In this document: in pieces, positions 23,087 to 35,941 of the stretch
Position numbering within the stretch: position 1 is the stretch's first letter
Layout: each line of letters starts with the position of its first letter
Source of the DNA: Reclinomonas americana ATCC 50394
Lineage: Eukaryota
Reading direction: 5' to 3'
Assembly: GCA_048213135.1 (NCBI GenBank)
Contig: PS015285.1
Coordinates: 8,904 to 72,903 of the forward strand
DNA: 64,000 nt
Notes under the pieces: model-generated
What the model was told of the DNA's origin: nothing
Database searches by the model: none
The model's input: only the letters and a program-made list of their open reading frames with translations
Position numbers and translations under genes: made by a program

Positions 23087-26000
23087 TTATCGTAATCTGC
23101 GTGGCTGTGCAGTGGGGGCCTGAGTGGCAGCGGCTACGGCCGACGCTCGACGCAGCGGCGCATTCGAGGTGGCCGCCTCTCGCAGTGGCGGTAGCGACTG
23201 CGGTGCTGTGACTCGACTCGATGAGGAGGAGGGCGGCGGCAGAGAGGCAGAGCGCCCGCGCGAAGCTTCGGCAGAGACTGGTCGTCGCAGAATCTCCACT
23301 GGCGGGAAGTCCTCATCGTCGTTGCCTCGTCCCTTGTCAACTTCGTCATCATAGTCGTCGTCTTCGCCGTCATCTTCGTCGTCGTCGTCGTCATCATCGA
23401 CGTCGGCATTCCCACCGGCAGCGACTCGACGCCGACGATGGCGTGGCCGGCTTCGTCCGCGCTTCCCAGGCTTCTTGCGTCGCAGCGGTTCCGACGATCG
23501 ACTCCAAGGTGACGGAGGTGAGTTTAAATTTACGCGAAGGGCGGCCATGGGTGCCGCCGCCGCAGCAGCAGTTGCGGCCGCTGTTGTTGCCGACGACACA
23601 GCGGTCCAGTCCTCGGGCCGACGCAGTACATCAGTCAACATCTGCTCGGCCGACTTGCTGCTTCCAGCCGTCTGCTTGTACAGTGGTTGCTGCTGTGTTT
23701 GTTGTTGCTGTTGTTGTTGTTGAGAGGACAGCAGTGCATCCAATCGACGCCAGTCTGTGACAGAAGACGACGTGCCCGTGGTGGTGGTTGTGGTGGTGGT
23801 GGTGGTAGCGGAGCGATCAGGCGGCGGCGATGGATCTCGTCGACGTGCATCACTCGCAGGCGTCAGTGCCACTGCGATGGGACGGTGGCGTTGCTGGCGA
23901 TGCATCCGGGTTCCATCCTCTTCACCACGCGACGACGGCACAGACGACGGCGGCTGCGGTGGTGGCGGATTGCTGAACGGCATCAGAGGGAGAACCGGTG
24001 GCAAGCCGACCGCATGCTCACTGGCCTCTGGAGCCGGTGTCGATGGCAGTGGTGGAGGTAGCACCACAGCATTGGGTGCACGATGTACTCGGTCAGCCGG
24101 ACGCAGTCGAGGCGACTCGGAGGCGTCTGGACTCGATCGCCGACCGACTACGTGGAACGTAGCCGGTATTGGAGGCTCGGCAGGAATGGAAACCTGCCGC
24201 TCCGGAAGGTGCCACGGAGTTGCGGCTTGCACCTCAAGCTTGGCGGTGCCACGGCGGTCAAGCGTGTCGGCTACTGCGACGCGATGCGACGACAGAGAGA
24301 GTACGCGCGCCAGCAGCTCGGCGGTGGCGGCGCCGACGGCTAGATCCACGGCCGTATACTGTGGGGATTCCAGTCAGCGACGATTCTCTGGTTGCAGCAT
24401 GAGGCACACACACCTCGTGGACACCACTCTTTTCCGCAAAGTACAAGACACCGAGCATGTCACCGACGCCGCTGACCACTGGAACGCCCATGACTGCGGC
24501 AGAGTCGGAATCAGTCACACAGACGTACAAGAGCACACACAAAACAGGAGAGAATGGCGCACCCATACGCGGAGCAACAGACGATGCGCCGCCTCCAAAT
24601 GCGCCGTCGGCGTCGGCAGACGGCGACGCGGGTCTCGAGTGCATCATCGACGTCAGTACCGAAGTGTGCGTGATCATCGCTCGCCGCGCCACCGACTCCA
24701 TGGCCTCGGCCGCATCGCTGTCACCGTTCTCCGTCATCGCTGGTGTCGCCGGTCGTCCCTTGTGCCGGTGCCCGACGGCCGCCATGGTGGTGGAGAGCGC
24801 CGAATTTGTGCTGTCATCGCTGTCGGCTTGCAGGAAGAAGCATCCACTCGCGCTGCACTCTCGCCGGCCCCACTCGCACACAGCATGCATCAGTACCTCC
24901 AGCGGTGACCACGAAGGCGGCGGAGTAAAGTCGTCGGGAGTCGGCGAACGATGTACAGCAGTGACAGACTCGACATCGCCCTCGGCCGACAAGTCGGTCT
25001 CCGAGCATGTGTCGATAGGGGGTGGTTCTGGACGAACCGCGGGTTGTTTCGAGACCACCGACTCGGGTCGCGTGGCCGGACGTGGTGGATCGGGTCGCCC
25101 GCTGGCACTGGCGCGCAGGTCGGCGGCAGTGCGCATCACATTGTGTTCGAGCTGCAGCGAGGCGTGTGCGGCAACTGGCGACGGAGACGGCGCCGCATGC
25201 TTGCTGGGCGACGGCGGCAGCACTGCCGGTGGTGGGATCCACGACTCGCGACGCTTGATGGTTTCCGCCGCTTGCTCCAGCTCTCGCAGTACCGCAGCCA
25301 ACTGCTCCTTCAGTGCATCGATTTGATGCTGTGGTTGTGTGAGAGGGGGGATGAGCGGTAGTGTGAGGCTGGAGCAATCGAATCGACGCAACCTGGCTGG
25401 CACTCTGCAGCGTCTCCAACTTATCCAACAGTTCGGCGACACGAGCCTCCAGTTCCTTGGTCTGCGCCTCGAGATCGGCCGCCGTGGCGAGCAGTGCGGC
25501 CTCTCTCGCGCGCGCGGCATTCGCCGTCTCCATGAGCGCCTGCGACGACGCAGTGGCTTGAGAAACAGTAAGGTAACAGAGGCTTTTGGTGCGATGACAT
25601 CCACACCTTGCGCAATCCAGGCAGCGCCTTCAACTCTTCTTGCATCGCCGACTCGCGCGCAGCACTCTGCTCCAACAGCTGCATCAACTCCTGCACTCGG
25701 CGATTCAGTGCGTCCACTCTCAGTTGCGCCTGCATGCACAATCGTTGAGAGCACGGAAGAGGCTGAGAGAGACACTCGTCCACCATCAGCCACACCTGTC
25801 TCTCCGACGCCATTAGTTTCTCGGCCATCTCTGCCCGGAGAGCGTCACGCTCCGCAGCCCACTCGGCTCGTTCACTCTCCAGCAGACGATGACACTGTGC
25901 CAGCAGCTCACTCTCCTCCAGCACCTGCGGCTCGGTCTGCGTGTTGCGATGTACCTGTGCGCAGAAAACAATGAGCAATAGACAACAACATACCAGCGTG

Positions 26001-28006
26001 ACGACGGCACGCAACCCAGTCGTGCAGGATGTTGATAGGCGGATCAATGTACTCGTACTCGAAGCGATCGGCCACCTTGTAGTCGCGGTCGCGCAGCCGA
26101 ATGTACAATGTTCGCATCTGTTCCACTTCCATGCTCAATGTGGCCACTTGCCTGTGTGTACCGTTTGTGAGTAGGTGGCAGTGAGGCAAGTGCTCTCGGG
26201 TGCGAATATGGCTCACCGACGCAGGTTTTCCTCCAGAGCCACGGACCTCGCATGAATAGCGTCACGCTGTCGCAGAGACTCGTTTGCCTATTGTGCCTCT
26301 GACTGTGAGCGCGCACGTACATGTGACCACAGTGAACAAAGGGCTCACCTGCCGCACAGCATGTTCACGCGATTTCTGCGCCACGTCCTTCCACCCTGCG
26401 ATCTCCGTCACTGCCTCCTCCACACGCGCTTCCAGCTGGCGAATCAACGCCAGCTGTAACCGCGTCAACTGCTGCTCTTCGGCAAGTTGCACACGAACAG
26501 CCTGTGTGCACACACGCAAGCATTGGCGTGAGACCACAAAACACCAATGAACATGGACAGGAGACCAGAATTGCAACACAACAGCGGCATTCCCGGTGGG
26601 GCTGCCAGTCACCGACGTGCGGGCAGTGGTTGCGCTCGACGTGACCGCCGACTCGCTCAACTCCTTCACTGTTCCACTGATTTCGTGCATCATGGCATCT
26701 GCCGCGTGCATGTAACAGATGGGTACGTGAGGAAGACGGAGCGACGACGAGATACGTACCTCGATCGTGTGAGACCTGCTCGATTTCGTCAGTGAGCAGC
26801 TGAATCACCTCACGCCGACTCAACACCGGCGTCGGTGTGCCAAGTCGCAGCACAGAACTCGTCGTACCACCAACCCCACTACCGCCACCGGCACCATCGA
26901 CATCCAGCAAATCGCTGTGTTCGGTCGTCGCCGTCGTCGTCGTCGTCGTCACTCCGGCAGCATGGCGACTTTCGGCCTCGGCCAATTGCTGCGCCATCGC
27001 CACCAGCCGAAGCAAGTAATGCCGGCGCTCTTCAGCGAAGGCCGCTTTGCGAATGGCCCACTGCTGCTTCTCCACTTGCGTCAGCGAGAGGTTTTCGAGC
27101 AGCTGACACCGGTCGCGCTCCTGTTGCACCAGATCGGTGAGGCGATTGATTTTGCGCTCCTTGGTCGCCACCTCTGCTATGAGCGAGCGAATCTGCGCCT
27201 CCTGCGCCGTGGCCGCCACCCGCATGTCGGCGGCCTCCAGTCGCGCCGTCGAGTCGGCATTCTTCAGCTTGTACTTAAGAAAGGCGATCTCATCGTCGAG
27301 CTGCGCAATGTGCTGTAGCAGCGTCTGCGTGTCGCTGGTGGCCAGATCTCGCCGCGCAAGCTGCTCCCGCAGACTGTCGAAACGAGTGTGAGTGCGAGAA
27401 GAGAGAGAGACAGAGACCCACAACAACAACAACAACAACCGGACATACCGATTCAGTTCCTCCTCCCGCTGCAGCGCCTGTGCCGGATCGAGCCACCAGA
27501 TGCCTCGCTGCACAAACTTGGCGACGCCTGAGCGTCGCGCCACCAGTCCATGCGACGGCGCATGAACAGGCGAGGATCCGCTTTCCTCCACTTCCTCCTC
27601 CTCGCTCTCCTCCACACCTCTCACCGCCCGCGCACGCATCGAAGGCGACATGACACTCTCCGCGTGCGGTGCTGCAGGCGACGTTGGTGACGTGGGAGCG
27701 ACTGCGTGAGGTGGCGGAGACGCGCGCTTGCCCGCGGGTGGCGGAGAAAAAATCTCCACGCGCTTGCTCTGCTCATCAACATGAGAGAGAGAGAAAGATA
27801 GAGAGAGGCAGCTGTACACTACGACACGCAACACTGCCGAGGAGCTGAAACATGCTGGCGCCCTTCATTACGCCCGCTCGTGTGAGCGAGGCCGACGCAT
27901 GCAAGAGTCGCTCTCCACTGCTTCGACTGCCACTGGCAACAATGGGCGGCAACACCGACAGTCGGTTGCTGTCCGTTGCCGCCTCATCAACCGCCGCGTG
28001 CTGCAT
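23087..28006 (-). CDS. Large coiled-coil / low-complexity protein of unknown function
   Basis: Chain of long minus-strand exons with heptad-rich segments (LLQHIAQLDDEIAFLKYKLKN.., LATLSMEVEQMRTLYIRLRDRDY) and a Pro/Ser/Thr/Asp-rich C-terminus. Ends convergently with the kinesin gene. Exact exon borders are uncertain. Confidence 0.6.
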
Positions 28007-28086
28007 GTGTTTGCTTGTGCGCGCGCGCGCGTGGGCGCGATCGACAATACAAACGCTGCTGGTGTCGCTGGCGTCCATCATCAGAA

Positions 28087-29431
28087 TCACATCTCGAGCA
28101 AGCCGCGCTCGTCGAGAAAGTCGAGCACGGCGGGCATGCTTTCGGCATTGGACAGCTCGGTGAGCTCGCCGGCGTTGAGCAGCGGGCCGAGCATGTGCGC
28201 AATGTGCTGACGGAACACCAGCGAGCTCATGTCGCCGGTGCTCAGTGTCAGGTCGACGAAATCGGCGAGACAGGCCAGTGGCAGCGAGTCGTGACCGGCA
28301 AAGAGCGCCGGGTTCTCCAGCAGACCGCGCGCGCTCATGGCTCCCTGCACGCCGGTTTTACGCTGGAATTCCTGCGCGTCGGCCAGCGTGCGCACGTCTC
28401 CGTTGTGCACGCATGGAATGGTGAGGTGCTCACGGAGCAGCTTCACGGCCTCCCAGTTGACGGGCACGTGGGAACGAGTGGTGCGCGTGCGACCGTGCAC
28501 GGTGATCATCGCGGCGCCGGCGGCCTCCAGCTGGCGCACCATGTCCACACTGTGCCTGTGGTGCGGGATGTGCGTTGTCAGGAGGAAGGCGCGCATGCAT
28601 GCAACAACAGCTGCAGGCACCGCGAACCGGAGGTCAGGCAGGATGCGGATCTTGATCGACACGGGGAGGGAGCAGCGGTTGCGCGTCTGCACCACCGCGT
28701 CGCGAATGATCTCCGGGTTCGACAGCAACGCCGCACCGTATCCTCTGCGCAGCGAGGCAACAATGAGGCTGTGACACACAGAGAAGGGAGTCGGAGAAAC
28801 CCGCACCGACTGGTGTGAGCCTTCTGAGGACTGCTCGGTGGTGGTGGTGTACGGTGAGTGACGGAGCGACAGAGGGAGAGAGAAAGAGAAAGAGGGAGGT
28901 CCGCACCAGCCACAGTTCAGGTCGACCATGTCACAGTGTGGCGCCACCTGTGATTGTATATGTGTGTCAATCAACCACACACAAGCACACGCTCATTGAC
29001 AACACTGCGTACCATTTCCGCGGCAGTGGCAAACACCACGCCATCGCGCGCAGCAAACTGCACCACCAGTGGTCGGTCATCTGCATCCACACATGCACAC
29101 AAATATGAGTGTCTCTCGTGTGCGTTAGGTTGTCACGCGTCCACCACTTGCCTGCTGCAGTGACAAAGTTGGTGTCGCGGGCCGACTGTGCACGGATAAA
29201 GGTGTTGGCCTCGATCATGTGCGTGTAGGTCACATCGCAACCCCTGCATTGTCGCAGCAGTGTGAGTGATGAGAGATGACGAGCGATCAGAAACACACGA
29301 GTGGAGCATACATACCACTTGCGGCAGAGAGCGCGGAACGGGAGGCGGGAGAAGCGAACCATGGGCGCCTGGATGCATACGAGCTCCTTTTGCGCAAACA
29401 GCGAGAGAATGGCGTTGCTCTCTGCGTCCAT
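28087..29431 (-). CDS. DUS4: tRNA-dihydrouridine synthase (Dus4-like)
   Basis: APMVRFSRLPFRALCRKW|GCDVTYTHMI..ARDTNF..DRPLVVQFAA..VDLNCGCPQK..GYGAALL..SIKIRI..ITVHGRT..NGDV..GAMSARGLLENPALF. Confidence 0.9.
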
Positions 29432-29527
29432 GATCGATGAGAAGAAAGATGATGGACGGAGGACAACTGTGATTGTGCTTGTGCTTCTCTCGTACTTCAT
29501 TCTTATCGTGCTGGACATATTACAGGT

Positions 29528-31381
29528 TTAGCAGTCGCCATAGTCACCCCTGGCACCGCCGTCGTCATCGTCGTCGTCGTCGTCGAGGAGTACGTCAAGG
29601 TCAATGTCGACGTCGTCGTCGTCGTCGCGATTGTCGCCTGTAGCGGCCGCAGCGGCTGCTGCTGCTGCTGCGGCTGCCGCAGCTCGAGCACGCTTGGCAG
29701 CCGTACGACCTCGACCGCCACGGCAGCTGCGTCGCGACTTGCGGCGACGGCGGATCTCGCCAGTGACCGGGTCGACGATCAGGATTGTGCGCGACGCCGA
29801 GGTGGACTTGGAAGGGCTGCCACTGGCCGGTGTGCCAGCGCCGCTACTGCCGGCACTGCTGTACTTGGATCCGGTGCTGGATCCGTCGACATCGCTGCCG
29901 CTGAGGCTCGCCGGGCCGACACTGTCAAAGACGTCGACTTCGCGCTCTGCGGGGCCAGTGGCGCCGGCAGTCGCCATTGTCGACAGCGTCGGCTGCATGG
30001 GACGCACACCAGCGCGGTGGCTCATGGCGGCCGAGTCGATGTGGAGGGCGGCTAGCGACTGTCGCAGGGTCCGCAGTCGGGCGTTCTCGACCTCCATTTG
30101 CGCGAACGACTTGTCCATGGCATCGGAGAGCACGCCGGACGGTGCCAGGTGCTCAAACACCGCCAGTCGCTCGCGACGGCGCCCGAGCTCCTGCACGTTG
30201 CAGCTGACCACGTCGGCGTGGTTCTGCGGAGGAGGAGAGTGAGTGATCATGAATCGTGTGGGGTGACGGAAGCATGCAAGCACTCACCGCGCGCTTGAGG
30301 ACGTGTAGAAACCAGCACTTGGTGCCTGCAGGCGAATCACGAGGTGTGTCAGCACGTGGTGGAATACCAGATCAACAACAAAGGCAACAACACACCATAC
30401 GGGCAGTATCCGTCCTCTTGGAAGAACCGGCACGGACTGCACACGAGGAGCGAACAGTGAGTGGAGACGTAAAGAGATCGAGCACGCGCATCCACGAACA
30501 ACACGCACCTCGTCTTGGCCGTCGCACTGCGCATGCGGAGCACGGCCACGGTCCGAATCTCCTGCACATGAGAAAAAACATCAGAAAACGGACTTCGAAC
30601 AACAATCACACGACAACAACCCCACCACTCACCGCCTCGCCGTGCGCGAACCGACACTCACGGCCGTACCGACAGTTGCCCAGACGCTCAAACTCCTTGC
30701 ACAACTGGTCACGAATGAGCAAGGAGCAAAGAGCAAAAAACGTCAGTCGGGCAAGTCAAAACTGTACCTGCGTCTTGTGAAACATGACGGCATTGCGCTG
30801 GGCCTGCGTCGGCGACGTGCACGACACACGCGAGTCCTCCGACGAGTCCGACGCAATGGACACTGGCGATGTCGACACAGCTGGCGGCGGTGCTCGAGTG
30901 CGCACAGGTGGCGGCGGCGGCGGCTCCACTGCACACACACACACACACGCTCAGTGACCACAATGCACATACACACACACTCACTGCGACACACACGCAC
31001 CTCGCGACACTGGATGAGTGCGCGCCGACTGCAAACCACCAGCAGGCACTTTGATCAGCCACGCACTTTGACGACACGCAAACACACACACACTCTCTCT
31101 CTCTCTTGCTGCCGCACCTGAGTCGCCCACGCCGACGCAGGCCGCACCCTCATCATCTGCTGCGGCCGCTGCATCACCACCACCGACGAGGGATACTGCA
31201 CGTGCACATGATGATGATGATGATGCACACTGGCAATCGACCACCACTGCTGCTCAGCAGTCGCCTGCTGCTGCTGCGCATGCTGCTGATGATAGTGGCG
31301 CTGTTGTTGTTGAGCATGCGGGTGTCGGAGGTGAGGAAACACACCAGCGGGAACATGCGGCTCTGTGTGCACGCGCGTCAT
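29528..31381 (-). CDS. Tandem CCCH zinc-finger RNA-binding protein (TIS11/ZFP36-like)
   Basis: Two C-x8-C-x5-C-x3-H fingers after splicing: HKTQ|LCKEFERLGNCRYGRECRFAH and KTR|PCRFFQEDGYCPYG|TKCWFLH. Q/H-rich N-terminus and Ala/Asp-rich C-terminus. Confidence 0.85.
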
Positions 31382-31593
31382 GATCTTCAGTCACACACAC
31401 AGACACACACACACACAACAGAGAGAGTGTGCATGCAAGTCACCAGTCATCAACATCGACACGCGTTGTTTGTTGCGTTTTTCCTTTGCCTTTGCTCTCA
31501 CACGCGAGTTGAAGTTGTCGATCAAAGTGACTTTATTGCGGGAAAGTTACGTCATGCGCGCATCAATTGTCCCCACGTCGATATCGACTTCCG

Positions 31594-32872
31594 ATGTCTG
31601 CGACACCGCACACACTGCTCACACTGGTGCTTGTGCGACAAGGCGAGCGCATTCTGTTGGCGCGAAAGAAGCGCGGGTTTGGAGAAGGAAAGTGGAATGG
31701 ATTTGGTGGAAAAGGTTTGTGACTGTGACTCTTCTCTCACGGAGAGTTGTCTCTGTGAGTGACTGTCTGTGCACACACACACACACACACACAGTGGAAC
31801 GTGGAGAGAGTGTGCTGGAGGCGGCACAGCGGGAACTGCAAGAGGAGAGTGGCATCACTGCTGATGCATTGAGTGTGAGTGTTTATCTGTCTGTCTTTCT
31901 CACACACACACGCGCGCGCTCATTCGTGATGCTCTGTGCGCAGCATGTTGGTGCGTGCGTGAAAAGGCGGCAAGCTTGTTGTTGCACTGCTCACAGACAA
32001 CTGCACACACAGGTCATCTCGTGTTCACCTTTGATCCGACAGTCGATAAGCGCATCATGGATGTTGTGTACACATGCACAGAGGAAAGAGAGAGAGAGTG
32101 TGTGTGACTTGTCGACTGAGAGTGAGTGTGCCTCTGACAGGTGTACGTATTCACTGCCGATGCCTTTACCGGCACAGTCACGGAGACGGAAGAAATGGCT
32201 CCGAGTTGGTTCGACATTGACAAGAGTTACCTCTCTGCACCTGTGTTGACCTGCTGCAGCTGCTCATTGTGCGTGCGCGCATGCAGTCCCGTTTGACGAC
32301 ATGTGGCTGGTAACGACCATGCGCATGATGCTTCCTCCTCAGCTGCATCCTAGCTCTTTTTCTTTGTCATGTTTCTTCCTTTCTCCCATCCTTCCCTCCT
32401 GCGCTTGCATCCTAGCTCATTCTCTGGATCCTGCTCCTTTCTTTCCCTCCTGCGCTCACTCCTAAGCTGCATCTCACTCATTCTGTCGATCCTGTTCCAT
32501 CCTCCCCACTTACGCTTACTCCTCACCTGCATCTCACTCATTCTGTTGATCCTGTTCCTTTCTTTCTCCTATCCTTCCCTCCTGCGCTTACTCCTCAACC
32601 ATCTCACTCATTCTGTTGGTCCTGTTCCTTTCTTTCTCTCCTTGCATCCCACCTCGTACAGTACCTCCACTCGACTTTCATCCTTTACTCCCTCGCACGA
32701 TGTACAATATCATTGTGTGTGTGTGCAGGATGATCGCTATTGGTTCCCGCTAATGCTCGCCGGCAAGTGCTTCGAAGGCGTGTTTGAGTTTGGCGACTTT
32801 TCACACATTGTCGCGCACACGCTGCGGGAGGTCGCTGCGCATGAGTTGTCCTTGCCACCTGCACCACAATGA
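31594..32872 (+). CDS. NUDT1: 8-oxo-dGTP diphosphatase MTH1
   Basis: [54 protein letters not shown] (Nudix box)..[32 protein letters not shown]. Includes a 7-nt exon at 31944-31950. Confidence 0.93.
32340..32650. repeat. Degenerate pyrimidine-rich minisatellite in a NUDT1 intron
   Basis: Recurring CATCTCACTCATTCTGT..CCTGTTCC..CCTGCGCT(T/C)ACTCCT units of about 65-70 bp. Confidence 0.75.
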
Positions 32873-33084
32873 AAACCGTCCATCACCATGAGAGGGAGAA
32901 AGAGAGTGCTTGCAACGTTGCCAGGCGATGCTCATATGCAGATTGTTGCTGTTCTGCAGACCAGGATTAACTGAGAAAGTGCCGTGAGTTTGGCATGGAC
33001 TTCGCGAAGTCAGTCGCCCTTCTGTCCTTGCCATCGCTGCGCTTTTGTTGTGTTATCGCGTGTGTGAGAGAAAGAGCGCGAGAG

Positions 33085-33140
33085 ATGGATGGCGGGTACG
33101 TACACACACGCTCTCTCTTTCTCTCTGTGCTGCTGCTGTG

Positions 33141-33174
<34 letters not shown>

Positions 33175-33325
33175 TGATGATAACATCAATGCATGCATCC
33201 AACTCTCTCTCTCACACACACACACTCACAGTGATGACGATGGACGCGACTCGCCGACCTTCTCTGCACACCCTCTACAGCCGCTTCTGCGAGGCAGTGC
33301 GTCTACATTAGGCGGAAGCAGTGAG

Positions 33326-33365
<40 letters not shown>

Positions 33366-34011
33366 GGCGACCAGTGGACGACGAGAAGGCGGGATATGAG
33401 TTGCTGGAGCGACTGGTGAAGCAGATTGTGCGGGCGTTCTTTCGGCCGGAGCAGATGGTGTTGGTGGATGCGTTGCTGAGGAGGAAACGGTGGGTGGAGA
33501 GGGAGGGGAGGGGAAAGAGAGGGATTCCGTCTGACAGGAGAGAGACCTGTCTTCTTTTGTTTCGAAGCAATGCTGCAGGGTACGACCAGAGGAAGAGAGT
33601 CACAGTGTCTCCCTCGCGCAGAGGCGATGAGAGGGGAGACAGAGCGCAGAGAACGACCCGAGGAGTGAGTGGCGAGACAAGGCAGCGTCTTCCTCGCGCG
33701 GAGGCGATGAGAAATGGGAGAGAGACGCCAGCCTTTTCTTGCTCTTGCGGAAGCAGCGCCGCAGTACACGACCGAAGGAGAGGCAAGAGAGTCGCAGTTT
33801 CTCTCTCGCGCAGAGGCGATGAGAGGGGAGAAGGCGAATAGGAGAGAGACACCAGCCTTCTCTTGGTAGTGCCGCAGAGTACGACCAGAGGAAGCGAGTC
33901 GTGACGAAACAGAAGAGAGTCGCAGTGTCTCCGTCGCGCAGAGGCGATGAGAGGGGAGACGGAGCGCAGAGAACGACCCGAGGAGTGGGTGGCGATCTTT
34001 CTTTTTTCCTC

Positions 34012-34043
<32 letters not shown>

Positions 34044-35867
34044 GGCAGAGCATGGGAGTGAGTAACGAAACTGGCGAGGAGGAGCAAGTGCAATGCAGTC
34101 TTCTCACGCTCTGTCATATTGCTCTGCTCTTCTTTTGACAAAAATGTGTGTGGGTGCGCGCGCGCAGGGCAACCACTGGTGAGCTGGCCACCGCGGTGGG
34201 CCTGTCGGACGAACGGCACGCTGAGCGGGCGCTGAATGAGCTCGATCATGCGCGGCTGCTGGTCAAGTTGCGTGCTTCCCCGTCTCCTTTTCTCTCTTTC
34301 GCTCCGGATATTGAACCGTCGTCGTTCATGCAGAAAATCACGGCGCATCGAAGGTCGCAGTCACGGCATGACGGTGAAGGAGGAGAGTGTGTGGAACATC
34401 AACTTTCAGAACTTTGTCGACTTGGCCAACCTGCGTATGCACAAGATGGAGGACGAATTGAAGCAGCGTCTCAAGGTGGCCGAGAGCGATCAGGTGCGTA
34501 ATTTTTCGCCCACCTCGACTGTGTCAGGGTCGGTCCTCACCATTCATTTCATGTTTTGTGATACAGAGATATGTGTGTCGCAACTGTGGGTCCGAGTATG
34601 AGACATTTCAGTTTCTCGACCTGGTGGATCAGATGACGGGCGAGACGCGATGTGTGCGCTGCCGGACGGATGCCATCGACAGCAAAGACAACCGTGCGGT
34701 GCGAGAGGAGGCGCAGCGGAAACTCGACCGTTTCCAGGAACAACTGCGACCAATCTTCCGCACACTGCAACAGATTGCAGAGCAGGAGCTGTCCATTGAC
34801 ATTGCGCAGGAGGACAGCGCCAATCATGTGATGACGCGAGAACAGGTGGTCAGTTCACGAAGCAAACACGGTGGTCTGCGATGGAATGCAGAGTTGCGCG
34901 ATTCTCCACTTGCGTGTGTGTGTGTGTGTGTGTGTGTGCACATTTATTGACGCACNNNNNNNNNNNNNNNNNNNNNNNNNNNNNNNNNNNNNNNNNNNNN
35001 NNNNNNNNNNNNNNNNNNNNNNNNNNNNNNNNNNNNNNNNNNNNNNNTGACGCAGCGGCGGAGGCGGCGAGACCAAGGCGACATTTGGCGAGCACTTGTT
35101 CAGCATGCCGGAGCGCACCGTCAGGTTCTATTCTTTTCATGTGGCCAATCACTTCTGCTCCTCGTCCTATCTCACACTGTGTTCGCCTGCCTGCCATCTT
35201 AGTGCTGTGCACGAGATACCACCGTGGCTCCGACACGGAAGTCAGTGGTTCAACTTTGTGTTCGATGAAGACGAGCGTGGCGACGACGGGCACCTCGACG
35301 GCGTGTCGGCATCGGATGTGAGCGACGAGTCGGCCAGCTCGGTGAGCAGCGACGATTTCAGCGACGGCGATCGCTCCTTGGAGGTGGCGTTTGAGGACTT
35401 CAAGGTCGAGCTGGAGTATCACTCGTCCGACGACGACGACGACGACGAAGACGATTTCAACATGGACGACGACGATGACGATGACGAGGATGAAGATAAT
35501 GAGGAGGAGACCGGTACCGGCGGCACTCGCGCGAACGGCTCGGCCTCGCGGACCTCTGCGACAGCTGTCACGGCTGCCGCCAACGGCACAGTCTCCGAGC
35601 CGCCACTAAAGGTGCTGTTGTGCACGCATCTGTGTGCGTGATGTTCCCTCTCCCTTGTCTCACTCGAGTGATGCAGTCTGCCAAGATCACAACGCCGGCA
35701 GAGGAGACGCGGTTGCGATATCTCGAATGTGTGTAGTCTCCCCCTCCCCTTGCTGTCTCGCACTTTCTCTGTCTCACGAGGGAGGTGCAGATCGCGCAAA
35801 ACTGGAGGCATGGGAGGCCGCCAAGGCGTCTGGCATCAACGAAGACGACTGGTTAGACGTGGTGTAG
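33085..35867 (+). CDS. GTF2E1: General transcription factor TFIIE alpha subunit
   Basis: LERLVKQIVRAFF..VLVDALLRR winged helix; WNINFQNFVDLANLRMHKM; zinc ribbon YVCRNCGSEYETFQFLDLVDQMTGETRCVRC; RFQEQLRPI; acidic C-terminal region ending EDDWLDVV*. Start and last exons are approximate. Confidence 0.85.
33570..33990. repeat. Intronic direct-repeat array
   Basis: Four copies of TCGCGC(A/G)GAGGCGATGAGA and two of GAGCGCAGAGAACGACCCGAGGAGTG, inside a long TFIIE-alpha intron. Confidence 0.75.
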
Positions 35868-35941
35868 CATACATAAAAAGAATTAAACAGCGAGAAAATT
35901 GGTGTTTCATTAAGGGTTGTGGAATTATGTGTGGGGTGGGG

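Noticed and set aside
23124-27391. Long antisense plus-strand ORFs over the coiled-coil gene (also seen over other genes)
   Set aside because: Shadow ORFs from GC-rich codon bias; no recognisable motifs.
28087-32872. DUS4 and NUDT1 as members of the pyrimidine cluster
   Set aside because: Housekeeping genes more than 12 kb away, separated by unrelated genes, with no pathway link.
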